The notes under the pieces: generated by a model
Told to the model about the DNA's origin: nothing
Databases searched by the model: none
The model's input: the letters and a program-made list of their open reading frames with translations, nothing else
NCBI RefSeq assembly: GCF_057098645.1
Contig: NZ_CM169472.1
DNA: 64,000 nucleotides
Direction: 5' to 3' (one strand)
Shown: positions 1 to 9,964 of the stretch, in pieces
How the letters are laid out: each line of letters begins with the position of its first letter
How positions within the stretch are numbered: position 1 is the stretch's first letter
Made by a program: the position numbers and the translations under genes

Positions 1-803
1 GGTTTTTTCGGTTCAATCACCGCCTGCTGACGAGCTGGACGCGTAGTGGCCGGACGTTCAGCGGTTTGCGTTTTCGCCGTGTCACGCGATGCATTGCCAT
101 TGCGTACTGGCGCGACAGTTGCTGGTTCAGTCGGCAATGTAGAATTGACCGCCACATTGTTCAACTGTTGCTGATTTTGTGGCTGGGTCAGCGCATTGTT
201 CAGGTCACCCTGCACTTCAACACGTTGTTGACCATCCGTTGCCGCCGGGGTTTGCCCTTGAGTCGGCGTAGAAGAGATCGGCGGCAGAGAAACATCCTGC
301 TGAGTATTTTCCGCAGACGTGGTTCCCGGCGCTGGCTGCACGCCATTGGCCTGATCGGTCGCATTGCCAGCAAGATCAATACTCTTCTCGCCAGACGCGG
401 TTTGATCGCTGGAAGAGGTCGAGGGGGCTTTTAGCGCAGAACCGATACCGATGATCAACAGCAGTAGAACCAGAATGCCGACGCCCATCATCATATACTG
501 ACGAGAAGCGGGTTTACTGGCTGCTTTTTTGCGCTTACGCGGACGACGCTCTACGCGCTCTTCATCCACAGTTTCATCTTCGGATTCGTCAATTTCTTCT
601 TCGATTTCCGGTTCCTCATTGCGCTCTTTTTGCGCACGAGTCGGACGGCGATCGTCAGTGTCATCAAGTTCAATATCATCAAAATTGATCTGCGGTTCGC
701 CACGTTCAGTACGCTCAGAACGTTCAGAAGATTGACGAGAACGACCAGTACGACGATCGCTGGGATCGGGTTTCAGCTCGTCTTCTGGTTTGAATTCATC
801 CAT
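1..803 (-). CDS. damX: Cell division protein DamX, N-terminal part only (gene continues beyond window start; C-terminus missing)
   Basis: Reverse complement of 781-803 reads ATG GAT GAA TTC AAA CCA GAA GA (MDEFKPED...), matching the DamX N-terminus as I recall it; frame stays open to position 1. Not in the ORF track because it is truncated by the window edge. Confidence 0.8.
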   Translation of the reverse strand, partial: MDEFKPEDELKPDPSDRRTGRSRQSSERSERTERGEPQINFDDIELDDTDDRRPTRAQKERNEEPEIEEEIDESEDETVDEERVERRPRKRKKAASKPASRQYMMMGVGILVLLLLIIGIGSALKAPSTSSSDQTASGEKSIDLAGNATDQANGVQPAPGTTSAENTQQDVSLPPISSTPTQGQTPAATDGQQRVEVQGDLNNALTQPQNQQQLNNVAVNSTLPTEPATVAPVRNGNASRDTAKTQTAERPATTRPARQQAVIEPKK

Positions 804-894
804 TTAACACCCCACTAAAAGGTTAATGCTTACCACGTTGCAATTAACCTGAAGCTAATAGACCACTTGATAAGCGGCCTGACCTTTCTTGTTG

Positions 895-1983
895 TTACGC
901 TGATTGACAATCGGCAATGGCGTTAAGAACAAGCTCGTGCGAAACGCCGCTGCGAACTTCACTCTTACCAATTGCCAACGGAAGAATTAAGCGCATCTCT
1001 CCCGCAAGGACTTTCTTGTCACGCAGCATATGCGGTAAATACGCCTGCGCGGACATTTCGCGCGGCCCATTGACCGGTAACCCAGCCCGCGTGAGCAGGG
1101 TTATAATACGCTGCGTTTCGGCAGAACTAAACTGCCCGAGACGTTCCGACGTCCGCGCCGCCATCACCATACCCGCAGCGACCGCGTCACCATGTAACCA
1201 ATTGCCATACCCCATTTCAGCTTCAATGGCATGACCAAAGGTGTGTCCCAGATTCAGTAAAGCACGTAACCCGGTTTCGCGCTCGTCGGCGGCGACAACT
1301 TCTGCCTTCAGTTCACAACAACGGCGAATACAGTACGCCATTGCCGGACCGTCCAGACGCAACAACGCATCCAGATTCTCTTCCAGCCAGTTAAAAAACG
1401 CACCGTCAAGAATAATGCCGTATTTGATGACTTCTGCCAGCCCCGACGCTAACTCACGCGGGGGAAGCGTTTTCAGACAGTCGAGATCCACCACCACTGA
1501 AGCAGGCTGGTAGAACGCGCCAATCATGTTTTTACCGAGGGGATGGTTGACCGCAGTTTTGCCGCCAACGGAGGAATCGACCTGCGACAGTAACGTCGTC
1601 GGGACTTGAATGAAACGAACACCGCGCTGATAACTCGCCGCCGCGAAGCCGGTCAGATCGCCCACTACGCCGCCGCCAAGCGCCACCAGCGTAGTATCGC
1701 GACCATGCGGCTTTTGTAACAACGCCGTAAAGACGGTATCGAGTACAGCCAGGCTTTTATACTGCTCGCCGTCAGGGAGGATAACGCTATCGACGTTAAC
1801 ACCCGCCTGTTCAAGTACGCCGCGGACCTTATCGAGATACAGAGGAGCCAGGGTTTCGTTGGTGACCAACATGACCTGCTCGCCCGATTTCAGCGGTAAG
1901 AATGAAGCTGGTTCATTAAACAAACCAGATGCGATGGTAATTGGGTAACTACGTTCCCCGAGAGTAACGACAATCCTCTCCAT
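895..1983 (-). CDS. aroB: 3-dehydroquinate synthase
   Basis: ORF-track 362 aa ORF; translation ([22 protein letters not shown]...) matches E. coli AroB in length and sequence as I recall it. Confidence 0.95.
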   Translation of the reverse strand: MERIVVTLGERSYPITIASGLFNEPASFLPLKSGEQVMLVTNETLAPLYLDKVRGVLEQAGVNVDSVILPDGEQYKSLAVLDTVFTALLQKPHGRDTTLVALGGGVVGDLTGFAAASYQRGVRFIQVPTTLLSQVDSSVGGKTAVNHPLGKNMIGAFYQPASVVVDLDCLKTLPPRELASGLAEVIKYGIILDGAFFNWLEENLDALLRLDGPAMAYCIRRCCELKAEVVAADERETGLRALLNLGHTFGHAIEAEMGYGNWLHGDAVAAGMVMAARTSERLGQFSSAETQRIITLLTRAGLPVNGPREMSAQAYLPHMLRDKKVLAGEMRLILPLAIGKSEVRSGVSHELVLNAIADCQSA

Positions 1984-2039
1984 AACGCGACATCCACCTT
2001 AATTACTGTACCCGCAGACGAGTGTATATAAAGCCAGAA

Positions 2040-2561
2040 TTAGTTGCTTTCCAGCATGTGAATAATCTGGTTAGCGACCACTTTAGCGCTTTGATCATCA
2101 GTACGAATGGTCACGTCGGCAATCTCTTCATACAGCGGATTGCGTTCATTGGCCAACGCTTCCAGAACTTCACGTGGCGGTGTTTCAACGTGCAGCAACG
2201 GGCGTTTTTTATCACGCTGCGTGCGTGCAAGTTGCTTTTCGATCGTCGTTTCAAGATAAACGACAACGCCACGAGCGGAAAGACGGTTACGCGTTTCACG
2301 GGATTTCACAGAGCCGCCGCCAGTAGCCAGCACAATACCCTGTTTCTCGGTCAACTCATTGATGACCTTTTCTTCGCGATCGCGGAAGCCTTCTTCGCCT
2401 TCTAAATCGAAAACCCAGCCCACATCAGCTCCGGTTCGTTTCTCAATCTCTTGATCGGAATCGTAAAATTCCATATTGAGTTGTTGAGCTAACTGGCGCC
2501 CAATAGTGCTTTTTCCGGCACCCATAGGCCCAACCAGAAAGATATTGCGTTTCTCTGCCAT
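2040..2561 (-). CDS. aroK: Shikimate kinase I
   Basis: ORF-track ORF 2040..2762 trimmed to the internal Met ([19 protein letters not shown]..., Walker A) giving 173 aa; start codon is the complement of cat at 2559-2561. Confidence 0.92.
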   Translation of the reverse strand: MAEKRNIFLVGPMGAGKSTIGRQLAQQLNMEFYDSDQEIEKRTGADVGWVFDLEGEEGFRDREEKVINELTEKQGIVLATGGGSVKSRETRNRLSARGVVVYLETTIEKQLARTQRDKKRPLLHVETPPREVLEALANERNPLYEEIADVTIRTDDQSAKVVANQIIHMLESN

Positions 2562-2961
2562 TTTTTCGGTACTACTAAGACTATTCGTTAATGATAAACC
2601 CGCTTCGCTCAGAGAGCGCCGCAGGACATGAACTGAAACCTCATAAGATATTGCGAGAGTCAGACTGAAAATTATCTCAATACTCCAGCGGGTTTGGCAA
2701 CTGAATAAATCACCCATCCCTCTGCATATCTGGTCGCTGCAAGCGCGCTGCCTTGCTACCACCGCTCTGGCGATAAATCACCGGGTAAGATTAGCGTAAA
2801 AAAGACAGCAAAATGCCGCCTGAATGATAAATCATCATCATGGAACGCAGGCAGCGAAGAGCACCAACTCTCAAATCGGTACTCCTTGTATGCTAAATAC
2901 CTGCGCGCGTCAAATAGATGAAACACGTTCAGCGTAAAAACATTACCGCTTTTACGGCTGT

Positions 2962-4200
2962 TTACTCACTGGAAACCAGTCGTGGCGTGATAAACACCAC
3001 TAACTCGCGTCGTTCATCTTCTTTTCCGTCATGACGAAATAATTGCCCGAACCAGGGAATGTCGCCAAGCAACGGCACGCTATCCTGACCCGATTTATTT
3101 TTACGGGTAAAAATGCCGCCCAGCGCCAACGTTTCTCCGCTTTTGACCTCGACCTGCGTTTCGATCTCCTGCTTATCAATCGCCAGCACTTCGCCATCGG
3201 CCTGCTGTAGCACCTGCCCCGGAACGTTCTGGCTGATGTGTAATTTCAGCCGGATGCGACCTTTTTGTAACACCGTGGGCGTGACCTCCATCCCCAGGAC
3301 GGCCTCTTTAAATTCCACCGACGTCGCGCCACTTTCCCCGCTGGAAACCTGATATGGAATTTCGCTCCCCTGTTTAATGCTGGCAGGCTGAAGATGTGAG
3401 GCCAGCAGACGCGGACTAGCGATAATATCCAGCTGCTGTTTTTGTTCGAGCGCAGAAAGCTCAAGATCCAGCAAACGTCCGTTGATGCGCCCAATGTTAA
3501 AACCGACATGCGTTGTCGCCGTCGCTACGGAGAGGTCGCTGCCAAGCGTGGTGACTTGCCCAACGCCACCAGCTTGTTGCGCATCGGCCAGCGTCCATTT
3601 CACGCCTAACTCACGCAAACTTTTTTCATTAATGGTGACAATATGCGCCGACAGCTCAACCTGCCCGACCGGCAGATCCATTTGCGCTGCCCACTGTTCA
3701 AGGGCGCTTAACGCCGTTTTGTTATCTCGTAGCAAAAGGCGATTGGTGCGTTTATCGACGGTCATACTCCCTTTGGCACTCAGTAGCTTTTCCCCAGCTT
3801 TCGCCAGCTCTCCGGCGTCGGCGTATTGCAGAGTAATATTGCGATTTTCCAGCGGCAGATTTGCCTGCGCCCGCGCCTGCTCCGCTTCCTGGCGGGCGAT
3901 ATTGTCATTCTGCCAGGCAATGGAATGCACTGAGAGAATGTTGCCCTCCTGGCGCGTTATCAGTCCGGCGCTTTTCACTACAGTTTGTAGTGCCTGCTTC
4001 CAGGGAACATCTGTTAGATGTAACGACACCGTACCGCTGACGTCTGGCGACACCACCAGGTTCAACTTCTCCTGTTCAGCCAGCGCCTGCAACACCTGAG
4101 CTACCGGAACGTCATCCACCATCAGCGTCACTTTTTGCGGCTTTGCCGCCTGTACGCCGGGTATCAGCATCAACAGTAGTGCGGCTATCCATTGCTTCAT
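2962..4200 (-). CDS. hofQ: Secretin-family DNA utilization protein HofQ (ComE/PilQ-like)
   Basis: 412 aa ORF with signal-peptide-like N-terminus and secretin C-terminal domain; position downstream of hofMNOP. Confidence 0.93.
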   Translation of the reverse strand: MKQWIAALLLMLIPGVQAAKPQKVTLMVDDVPVAQVLQALAEQEKLNLVVSPDVSGTVSLHLTDVPWKQALQTVVKSAGLITRQEGNILSVHSIAWQNDNIARQEAEQARAQANLPLENRNITLQYADAGELAKAGEKLLSAKGSMTVDKRTNRLLLRDNKTALSALEQWAAQMDLPVGQVELSAHIVTINEKSLRELGVKWTLADAQQAGGVGQVTTLGSDLSVATATTHVGFNIGRINGRLLDLELSALEQKQQLDIIASPRLLASHLQPASIKQGSEIPYQVSSGESGATSVEFKEAVLGMEVTPTVLQKGRIRLKLHISQNVPGQVLQQADGEVLAIDKQEIETQVEVKSGETLALGGIFTRKNKSGQDSVPLLGDIPWFGQLFRHDGKEDERRELVVFITPRLVSSE

Positions 4201-4516
4201 TTGTATCTCCTTGCCGTTGCCACAACCATTGTGGCGGTTCGCAGTTTGTCCCGGTACCCAGCGTTAGTACGTCTGGCGTCAGCTGTAAAATTGTCCAGCC
4301 GTTTTCCAGCACATCATTTTGCTGTACCCGTCGCCATTTCTTCTGCCCGTCTTTTATTACACCGATGATGCGCTCGCCTCGCCCTACCATCCCCTGATAG
4401 CGCCACTGGCTAAGTTCGCTAATCCGGCATAGATCTTCCGGCGGTTTAAAAGGGTCACGCATACCGGTTAAAAGGCACAATGCAATACCTGCCAACAACC
4501 AGCGTTTAACCCTCAT
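4112..4516 (-). CDS. hofP: DNA utilization protein HofP
   Basis: ORF 4112..4555 trimmed to MRVKRWLLAGIALCLL... (134 aa); 3' end overlaps hofQ start by 89 bp in another frame. Confidence 0.85.
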   Translation of the reverse strand: MRVKRWLLAGIALCLLTGMRDPFKPPEDLCRISELSQWRYQGMVGRGERIIGVIKDGQKKWRRVQQNDVLENGWTILQLTPDVLTLGTGTNCEPPQWLWQRQGDTNEAMDSRTTVDADTRRTGGKAAKSDADGG

Positions 4517-4946
4517 GCGGCGTCTCCAGTTGTAGCGTGAACAAAAGGTCATCACCTTCCACGCTTAACGAAAAACGGCTCACGCTGACGTTGCGCTCTG
4601 CCAGCCGTGTAAATGCCGACGGCACTGCTTCCCACAGCGTTTTCAACGCCAACTCACCTCCCTGCGCGGATGGATGCCAGGAAACCAGTTGCGCGCCGGA
4701 TAACTGAAAATCCAGAGGCGAAAAGGGCAGCGTTTTTTCCTCGCTGAAGGGAGTGGTGTCTACCAGGCGATACAGTGCGGCCCACTGCTGGTGATGACTT
4801 GCCCGTAGTCGAATTAATGCGTCGCTCTCTTCATGGTGTGTCGATGACAGAAAAATGAGCGTAACTAACATCAGCAACCAGACTGCCCAGCAAAACTGGC
4901 GGAGGCGGGGTGATATGGCGAACCACCAGTCAAAGAACATGTTCAT
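4506..4946 (-). CDS. hofO: DNA utilization protein HofO
   Basis: 146 aa ORF, hydrophobic N-terminal segment; operon position between hofN and hofP. Confidence 0.88.
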   Translation of the reverse strand: MNMFFDWWFAISPRLRQFCWAVWLLMLVTLIFLSSTHHEESDALIRLRASHHQQWAALYRLVDTTPFSEEKTLPFSPLDFQLSGAQLVSWHPSAQGGELALKTLWEAVPSAFTRLAERNVSVSRFSLSVEGDDLLFTLQLETPHEG

Positions 4947-5469
4947 CGCTAACCTTCCTTGTTAACTGATACTCAAATTGCCAGCGTCCCTGCGCATCCT
5001 GCTGCGTGGCCCCCCGCTGATTGAGATGAAAAGATGCATCCTGGCGGAGTGACGTTTCTAGTGCGTTTAACGCGGTAATGCTTGTTGTCAGCCCCTTGAT
5101 CTCCAGCGTTCCCTGCTGCCAGCTTATCGTTGTCAGCCAGGCGTGCTCGGGTAAAAGCGCCGCCAGTGCTTCCAGCGCAGATTGCCAGTCGCGGGTAAAT
5201 TGTCGCTGGCGCTGCCTTTGCAAACGCTGCTCACGAATTTGTTGGCGCTCCAGCAAACGTGGTTTCGTTATCTGTAAGCTGCGGGCGAGTTGTTGTTCCC
5301 CCTGAAGCAAAACGGCGTCTACGCGAGCTTCGGCGCTGCTTGTCAGACGCAGTATTAGCGTTATCCCGACGGCCAGCAGCAGAGGCGCAACGAACATCAG
5401 CAACCAGAAACGAAGAAAAGCGGTCCGGCGTTGCTGTCGCCAGGGCAAAAAATTAATTGGCGGGTTCAT
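4930..5469 (-). CDS. hofN: DNA utilization protein HofN (PilN-like)
   Basis: ORF 4930..5562 trimmed to MNPPINFLPWRQQRR... (179 aa). Confidence 0.85.
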   Translation of the reverse strand: MNPPINFLPWRQQRRTAFLRFWLLMFVAPLLLAVGITLILRLTSSAEARVDAVLLQGEQQLARSLQITKPRLLERQQIREQRLQRQRQRQFTRDWQSALEALAALLPEHAWLTTISWQQGTLEIKGLTTSITALNALETSLRQDASFHLNQRGATQQDAQGRWQFEYQLTRKVSDEHVL

Positions 5470-6248
5470 CAGTACGCCTTCCCAAGCGCCAGCCCCAGCG
5501 CGATGGCAAAGTCTCCACCTGGCGGCGGTAACGGCGGCTGACGAACAGAAACGGCCTCCCAAGGATCAAATCCGCCTTCGCCACATATCGCGACGCTTTC
5601 GGGATCAACGGATAACGCTGCCGCCAGCTCCTTCGCGCTAGTCATCCCCACCGCCAGTTTGCGCCCCCAGCGATAGCGTGTCGCCCACAGCCACTGTTCG
5701 TTATCACGCCAGGCCAGACATTGCTGATGAGAAGGTAAAAAAGGCAGGAATCGCTGTAATGCACTGGCATCCGGGGTGATCGCGCTCACATGAACACGCA
5801 ACCTTTCTGCCAGAGTGAGTAGCGTTGCCAGCTCTTTGCTTTGCGCGGCAGTCACGTTATAAGCGGGACTGAGTGAGTCTTCGCTGTAATCGAAGCGCAG
5901 GGAGTCCGGATCCATATCCAGCTCGCGGGCCATCGTCCCGGACAGCCAGGCCATTTGCTCCCGCTCACCAAGGGACATCGACGGGCGCGGAAATGACCGC
6001 TGTAATGTGCGACTGGCGGGAAACGCCAACATAATGTGATGACGCTGCGGCAGTTCGCGACTCCACGGTAACAACGTTTTAGCCAGCCGCTGCGCATCAA
6101 CAATCCGCCCATCTTTGATAATGTCGTGCGCCAGCGGCAACCGCCACCAGCGTTGCAAAAAGCATTCTTTTGCGCCCCGCACAATAGCAACCGCTACCGC
6201 TTCTTGCTGTTGTAAATGCAAACCAATTTGCCAGATCTTAAATGCCAT
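5469..6248 (-). CDS. hofM: DNA utilization protein HofM (PilM-like)
   Basis: ORF 5469..6275 trimmed to MAFKIWQIGLHLQQ... (259 aa); GGAG ribosome-binding site just upstream on the minus strand. Confidence 0.88.
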   Translation of the reverse strand: MAFKIWQIGLHLQQQEAVAVAIVRGAKECFLQRWWRLPLAHDIIKDGRIVDAQRLAKTLLPWSRELPQRHHIMLAFPASRTLQRSFPRPSMSLGEREQMAWLSGTMARELDMDPDSLRFDYSEDSLSPAYNVTAAQSKELATLLTLAERLRVHVSAITPDASALQRFLPFLPSHQQCLAWRDNEQWLWATRYRWGRKLAVGMTSAKELAAALSVDPESVAICGEGGFDPWEAVSVRQPPLPPPGGDFAIALGLALGKAY

Positions 6249-6367
6249 TGTGATGATCTCCTTATCACCCGTCACTCTGACGGGTATATCAATGCGTCTG
6301 GCTTGCCTTTATACTACCGCGCGTTTGTTTATAAACTGCCCAAATGAAACTAAATGGGAAATTTCCA

Positions 6368-8920
6368 GTGAAGTTCGTAAAGTATTTTTTGATCCTTGCA
6401 GTCTGTTGCATTCTGCTGGGAGCAGGCTCGATTTATGGCCTATACCGCTACATCGAGCCACAACTGCCGGATGTGGCGACATTAAAAGATGTTCGCCTGC
6501 AAATTCCGATGCAGATTTACAGCGCCGATGGCGAGCTGATTGCTCAATACGGTGAGAAACGTCGTATTCCGGTTACGCTGGATCAAATCCCACCGGAGAT
6601 GGTGAAAGCCTTTATCGCGACGGAAGACAGCCGCTTCTACGAGCATCACGGCGTTGACCCGGTGGGGATCTTCCGTGCAGCAAGCGTGGCGCTGTTCTCC
6701 GGCCACGCGTCACAAGGGGCGAGTACCATTACCCAGCAGCTGGCGAGAAACTTCTTCCTAAGTCCAGAACGCACGCTGATGCGTAAGATTAAGGAAGTCT
6801 TCCTCGCGATTCGCATTGAACAGCTGCTGACGAAAGACGAGATCCTCGAGCTTTATCTGAACAAGATTTACCTTGGTTACCGCGCCTATGGTGTCGGTGC
6901 TGCGGCACAAGTCTATTTCGGAAAAACGGTCGACCAACTGACGCTGAACGAAATGGCGGTGATAGCCGGGCTGCCGAAAGCGCCTTCCACCTTCAACCCG
7001 CTCTACTCGATGGATCGTGCCGTCGCGCGGCGTAACGTCGTGCTATCGCGGATGCTGGATGAAGGGTATATCACCCAACAACAGTTCGATCAGACACGCA
7101 CTGAGGCGATTAACGCTAACTATCACGCGCCGGAGATTGCTTTTTCTGCGCCGTACCTGAGCGAAATGGTGCGCCAGGAGATGTATAACCGTTATGGCGA
7201 AAGTGCCTATGAAGACGGTTATCGCATTTACACCACCATCACCCGCAAAGTGCAGCAGGCCGCACAGCAGGCGGTACGTAATAACGTGCTGGACTACGAC
7301 ATGCGCCACGGCTATCGCGGCCCGGCAAATGTGCTGTGGAAAGTGGGCGAGTCGGCGTGGGATAACAACAAGATTACCGATACGCTGAAGGCGCTGCCGA
7401 CCTATGGTCCGCTGCTGCCTGCCGCAGTCACCAGCGCCAATCCTCAGGAAGCGACGGCGATGCTGGCGGACGGGTCGACCGTCGCATTGAGTATGGAAGG
7501 CGTTCGCTGGGCGCGTCCTTACCGTTCGGATACTCAGCAGGGACCGACGCCGCGTAAAGTGACCGATGTTCTGCAAACGGGTCAGCAAATCTGGGTTCGT
7601 CAGGTTGGCGATGCATGGTGGCTGGCACAAGTGCCGGAAGTGAACTCGGCGCTGGTGTCGATCAATCCGCAAAATGGTGCCGTTATGGCGCTGGTCGGTG
7701 GCTTTGATTTCAATCAGAGCAAGTTTAACCGCGCCACCCAGGCACTGCGTCAGGTAGGTTCCAACATCAAACCGTTCCTCTACACCGCGGCGATGGATAA
7801 AGGTCTGACGCTGGCAAGTATGTTGAACGATGTGCCAATTTCTCGCTGGGATGCAGGTGCCGGTTCTGACTGGCAGCCGAAGAACTCACCACCGCAGTAT
7901 GCCGGTCCAATTCGCTTACGTCAGGGGCTGGGTCAGTCGAAAAACGTGGTGATGGTACGCGCAATGCGGGCGATGGGCGTCGACTACGCCGCAGAATATC
8001 TGCAACGCTTCGGCTTCCCGGCGCAAAACATTGTCCACACCGAATCGCTGGCGCTGGGTTCAGCGTCCTTCACTCCAATGCAGGTGGCGCGCGGCTACGC
8101 GGTCATGGCGAACGGCGGCTTCCTGGTGGACCCGTGGTTTATCAGCAAAATTGAAAACGATCAGGGCGGCGTGATTTTCGAAGCGAAACCGAAAGTAGCC
8201 TGCCCGGAATGTGATATTCCGGTGATTTACGGTGATACGCAGAAATCGAACGTGCTGGAAAATAACGATGTTGAAGATGTCGCTATCTCCCGCGAGCAGC
8301 AGAATGTTTCTGTACCAATGCCGCAGCTGGAGCAGGCAAACCAGGCGTTAGTTGCGAAGACTGGCGCGCAGGAGTATGCACCGCACGTCATCAACACTCC
8401 GCTGGCATTCCTGATTAAGAGTGCTTTGAACACCAATATCTTTGGTGAGCCAGGCTGGCAGGGTACCGGCTGGCGTGCAGGTCGTGATTTGCAGCGTCGC
8501 GATATCGGCGGGAAAACCGGGACCACTAACAGTTCGAAAGATGCGTGGTTCTCGGGTTACGGTCCGGGCGTTGTGACCTCGGTCTGGATTGGCTTTGATG
8601 ATCACCGTCGTAATCTCGGTCATACAACGGCTTCCGGAGCGATTAAAGATCAGATATCAGGTTACGAAGGCGGTGCCAAGAGCGCCCAGCCTGCATGGGA
8701 CGCTTATATGAAAGCCGTTCTTGAAGGTGTGCCGGAGCAGCCGCTGACGCCGCCGCCGGGTATTGTGACGGTGAAAATCGATCGCAGCACCGGGCAGTTA
8801 GCTAATGGTGGCAACAGCCGCGAAGAGTATTTCATCGAAGGTACGCAGCCGACACAACAGGCGGTGCACGAGGTGGGAACGACCATTATCGATAATGGCG
8901 AGGCACAGGAATTGTTCTGA
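6368..8920 (+). CDS. mrcA: Penicillin-binding protein 1A (bifunctional glycosyltransferase/transpeptidase)
   Basis: ORF 6344..8920; annotated-type GTG start at 6368 (VKFVKYFLILAVCC...) gives 850 aa; transglycosylase and transpeptidase motifs present; divergent from hofM. Confidence 0.95.
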   Translation: MKFVKYFLILAVCCILLGAGSIYGLYRYIEPQLPDVATLKDVRLQIPMQIYSADGELIAQYGEKRRIPVTLDQIPPEMVKAFIATEDSRFYEHHGVDPVGIFRAASVALFSGHASQGASTITQQLARNFFLSPERTLMRKIKEVFLAIRIEQLLTKDEILELYLNKIYLGYRAYGVGAAAQVYFGKTVDQLTLNEMAVIAGLPKAPSTFNPLYSMDRAVARRNVVLSRMLDEGYITQQQFDQTRTEAINANYHAPEIAFSAPYLSEMVRQEMYNRYGESAYEDGYRIYTTITRKVQQAAQQAVRNNVLDYDMRHGYRGPANVLWKVGESAWDNNKITDTLKALPTYGPLLPAAVTSANPQEATAMLADGSTVALSMEGVRWARPYRSDTQQGPTPRKVTDVLQTGQQIWVRQVGDAWWLAQVPEVNSALVSINPQNGAVMALVGGFDFNQSKFNRATQALRQVGSNIKPFLYTAAMDKGLTLASMLNDVPISRWDAGAGSDWQPKNSPPQYAGPIRLRQGLGQSKNVVMVRAMRAMGVDYAAEYLQRFGFPAQNIVHTESLALGSASFTPMQVARGYAVMANGGFLVDPWFISKIENDQGGVIFEAKPKVACPECDIPVIYGDTQKSNVLENNDVEDVAISREQQNVSVPMPQLEQANQALVAKTGAQEYAPHVINTPLAFLIKSALNTNIFGEPGWQGTGWRAGRDLQRRDIGGKTGTTNSSKDAWFSGYGPGVVTSVWIGFDDHRRNLGHTTASGAIKDQISGYEGGAKSAQPAWDAYMKAVLEGVPEQPLTPPPGIVTVKIDRSTGQLANGGNSREEYFIEGTQPTQQAVHEVGTTIIDNGEAQELF

Positions 8921-8922
8921 TT

Positions 8923-8946
8923 AAAAAGGCGCTTCGGCGCCTTTTC
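8923..8946 (+). terminator. Intrinsic terminator after mrcA (stem AAAAGGCGC / GCGCCTTTT, loop TTCG, then T-run)
   Basis: Perfect GC-rich hairpin immediately after the mrcA stop codon followed by TTTT. Confidence 0.7.
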
Positions 8947-8972
8947 AGTTTGCTGACAAAGTGCACTTGTTT

Positions 8973-9072
8973 ATGCCGGATACGGGTGAACGCGTCATCC
9001 GGCTAACAAAATCGTGAAAACTCAATATATTGCAGGAACCCCATAAGCCTGATAAGCGTTGTGCATCAGGCA
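8973..9072. repeat. REP-like palindromic elements (two units) between mrcA and nudE
   Basis: atgccggatacgggtgaacgcgtcatccggct and agcctgataagcgttgtgcatcaggca have the REP-type GCC(G/T)GAT...ATC(C/A)GGC dyad. Confidence 0.6.
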
Positions 9073-9084
9073 AACTTCACGCAT

Positions 9085-9645
9085 TTACACTCGCCCCTGC
9101 CCTTTCAACCATTCGCGTACGAGGAACAGCGCGCTGACATTACGCGCTTCGTTGAAGTCAGGGTCTTCCAGCAAATCCATCATATGCGCCAGCGGCCAGC
9201 GCACCTGTGGTAGCGGCTCTGGCTCATCGCCTTCCAGCGATTCCGGGTAGAGATCTTGCGCTACCACGATATTCATTTTGCTGGAAAAGTAAGACGGTGC
9301 CATGCTGAGCTTCTTCAAAAAAGTCAGATCGTTCGCACCAAATCCAACCTCTTCTTTTAGCTCGCGGTTAGCGGCTTCGTAGACGCTTTCACCCGGATCA
9401 ATTAATCCTTTCGAAAAACCTAATTCGTAGGATTCAGTTCCCACTGCATATTCGCGGATCAGGATCAGGTGATCGTCCACAATCGGCACAATCATCACTG
9501 CTTCCCGGTTGGTTGGACGCATTCGTTCATAAACACGCCGCACGCCATTGCTGAACTCCAGATCCACGCTCTCGACGGTAAACAGTCGGGAACGGGCTAC
9601 AGTTTCAACATTCAGAATGGTGGGTTTTTGTAATGATTTGCTCAT
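9085..9645 (-). CDS. nudE: ADP-compounds hydrolase NudE (Nudix)
   Basis: 186 aa ORF MSKSLQKPTILNVETVARSRLF... with Nudix box (GLIDPGESVYEAANRELKEEVG). Confidence 0.95.
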   Translation of the reverse strand: MSKSLQKPTILNVETVARSRLFTVESVDLEFSNGVRRVYERMRPTNREAVMIVPIVDDHLILIREYAVGTESYELGFSKGLIDPGESVYEAANRELKEEVGFGANDLTFLKKLSMAPSYFSSKMNIVVAQDLYPESLEGDEPEPLPQVRWPLAHMMDLLEDPDFNEARNVSALFLVREWLKGQGRV

Positions 9646-9964
9646 CGTGGGATCTATGCTGTGAAATCAGCGGTTATTGTGCGATATCGGACACGCTTTC
9701 GGCAATGTGAATTGCATGTTATTTACATTTATGTAACTTAATAAATAATCGTCCTCAAATCAAATTAAAAGTCAATAGGTTGAAATAACTCCAGGAATTT
9801 GCTGATATTCCGCCTTCAGAGGGTTTGCTATGATCAGCGGTTACTGTGATGTGCTTAATGATGCTCAAGTTAAACTCCACGCTTGCCGATAGCCAACCGC
9901 AGAATCATGTATTGTGTCCGGTGCGACTGACCACGCCTGACAGACTAAGTAAGATGGGGAAAGC

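Noticed and set aside
66-818. Plus-strand ORFs (122, 68 and 62 aa) at the start of the window
   Set aside because: They lie antisense to the damX coding region, whose minus-strand translation gives the recognisable DamX N-terminus; low-complexity R/S-rich translations are typical antisense artefacts.
2562-2762. 67-codon N-terminal extension of the aroK ORF (240 aa version)
   Set aside because: The conserved shikimate kinase begins at the internal Met (MAEKRNIF...) just ahead of the Walker A motif; the upstream extension has no kinase-like sequence.
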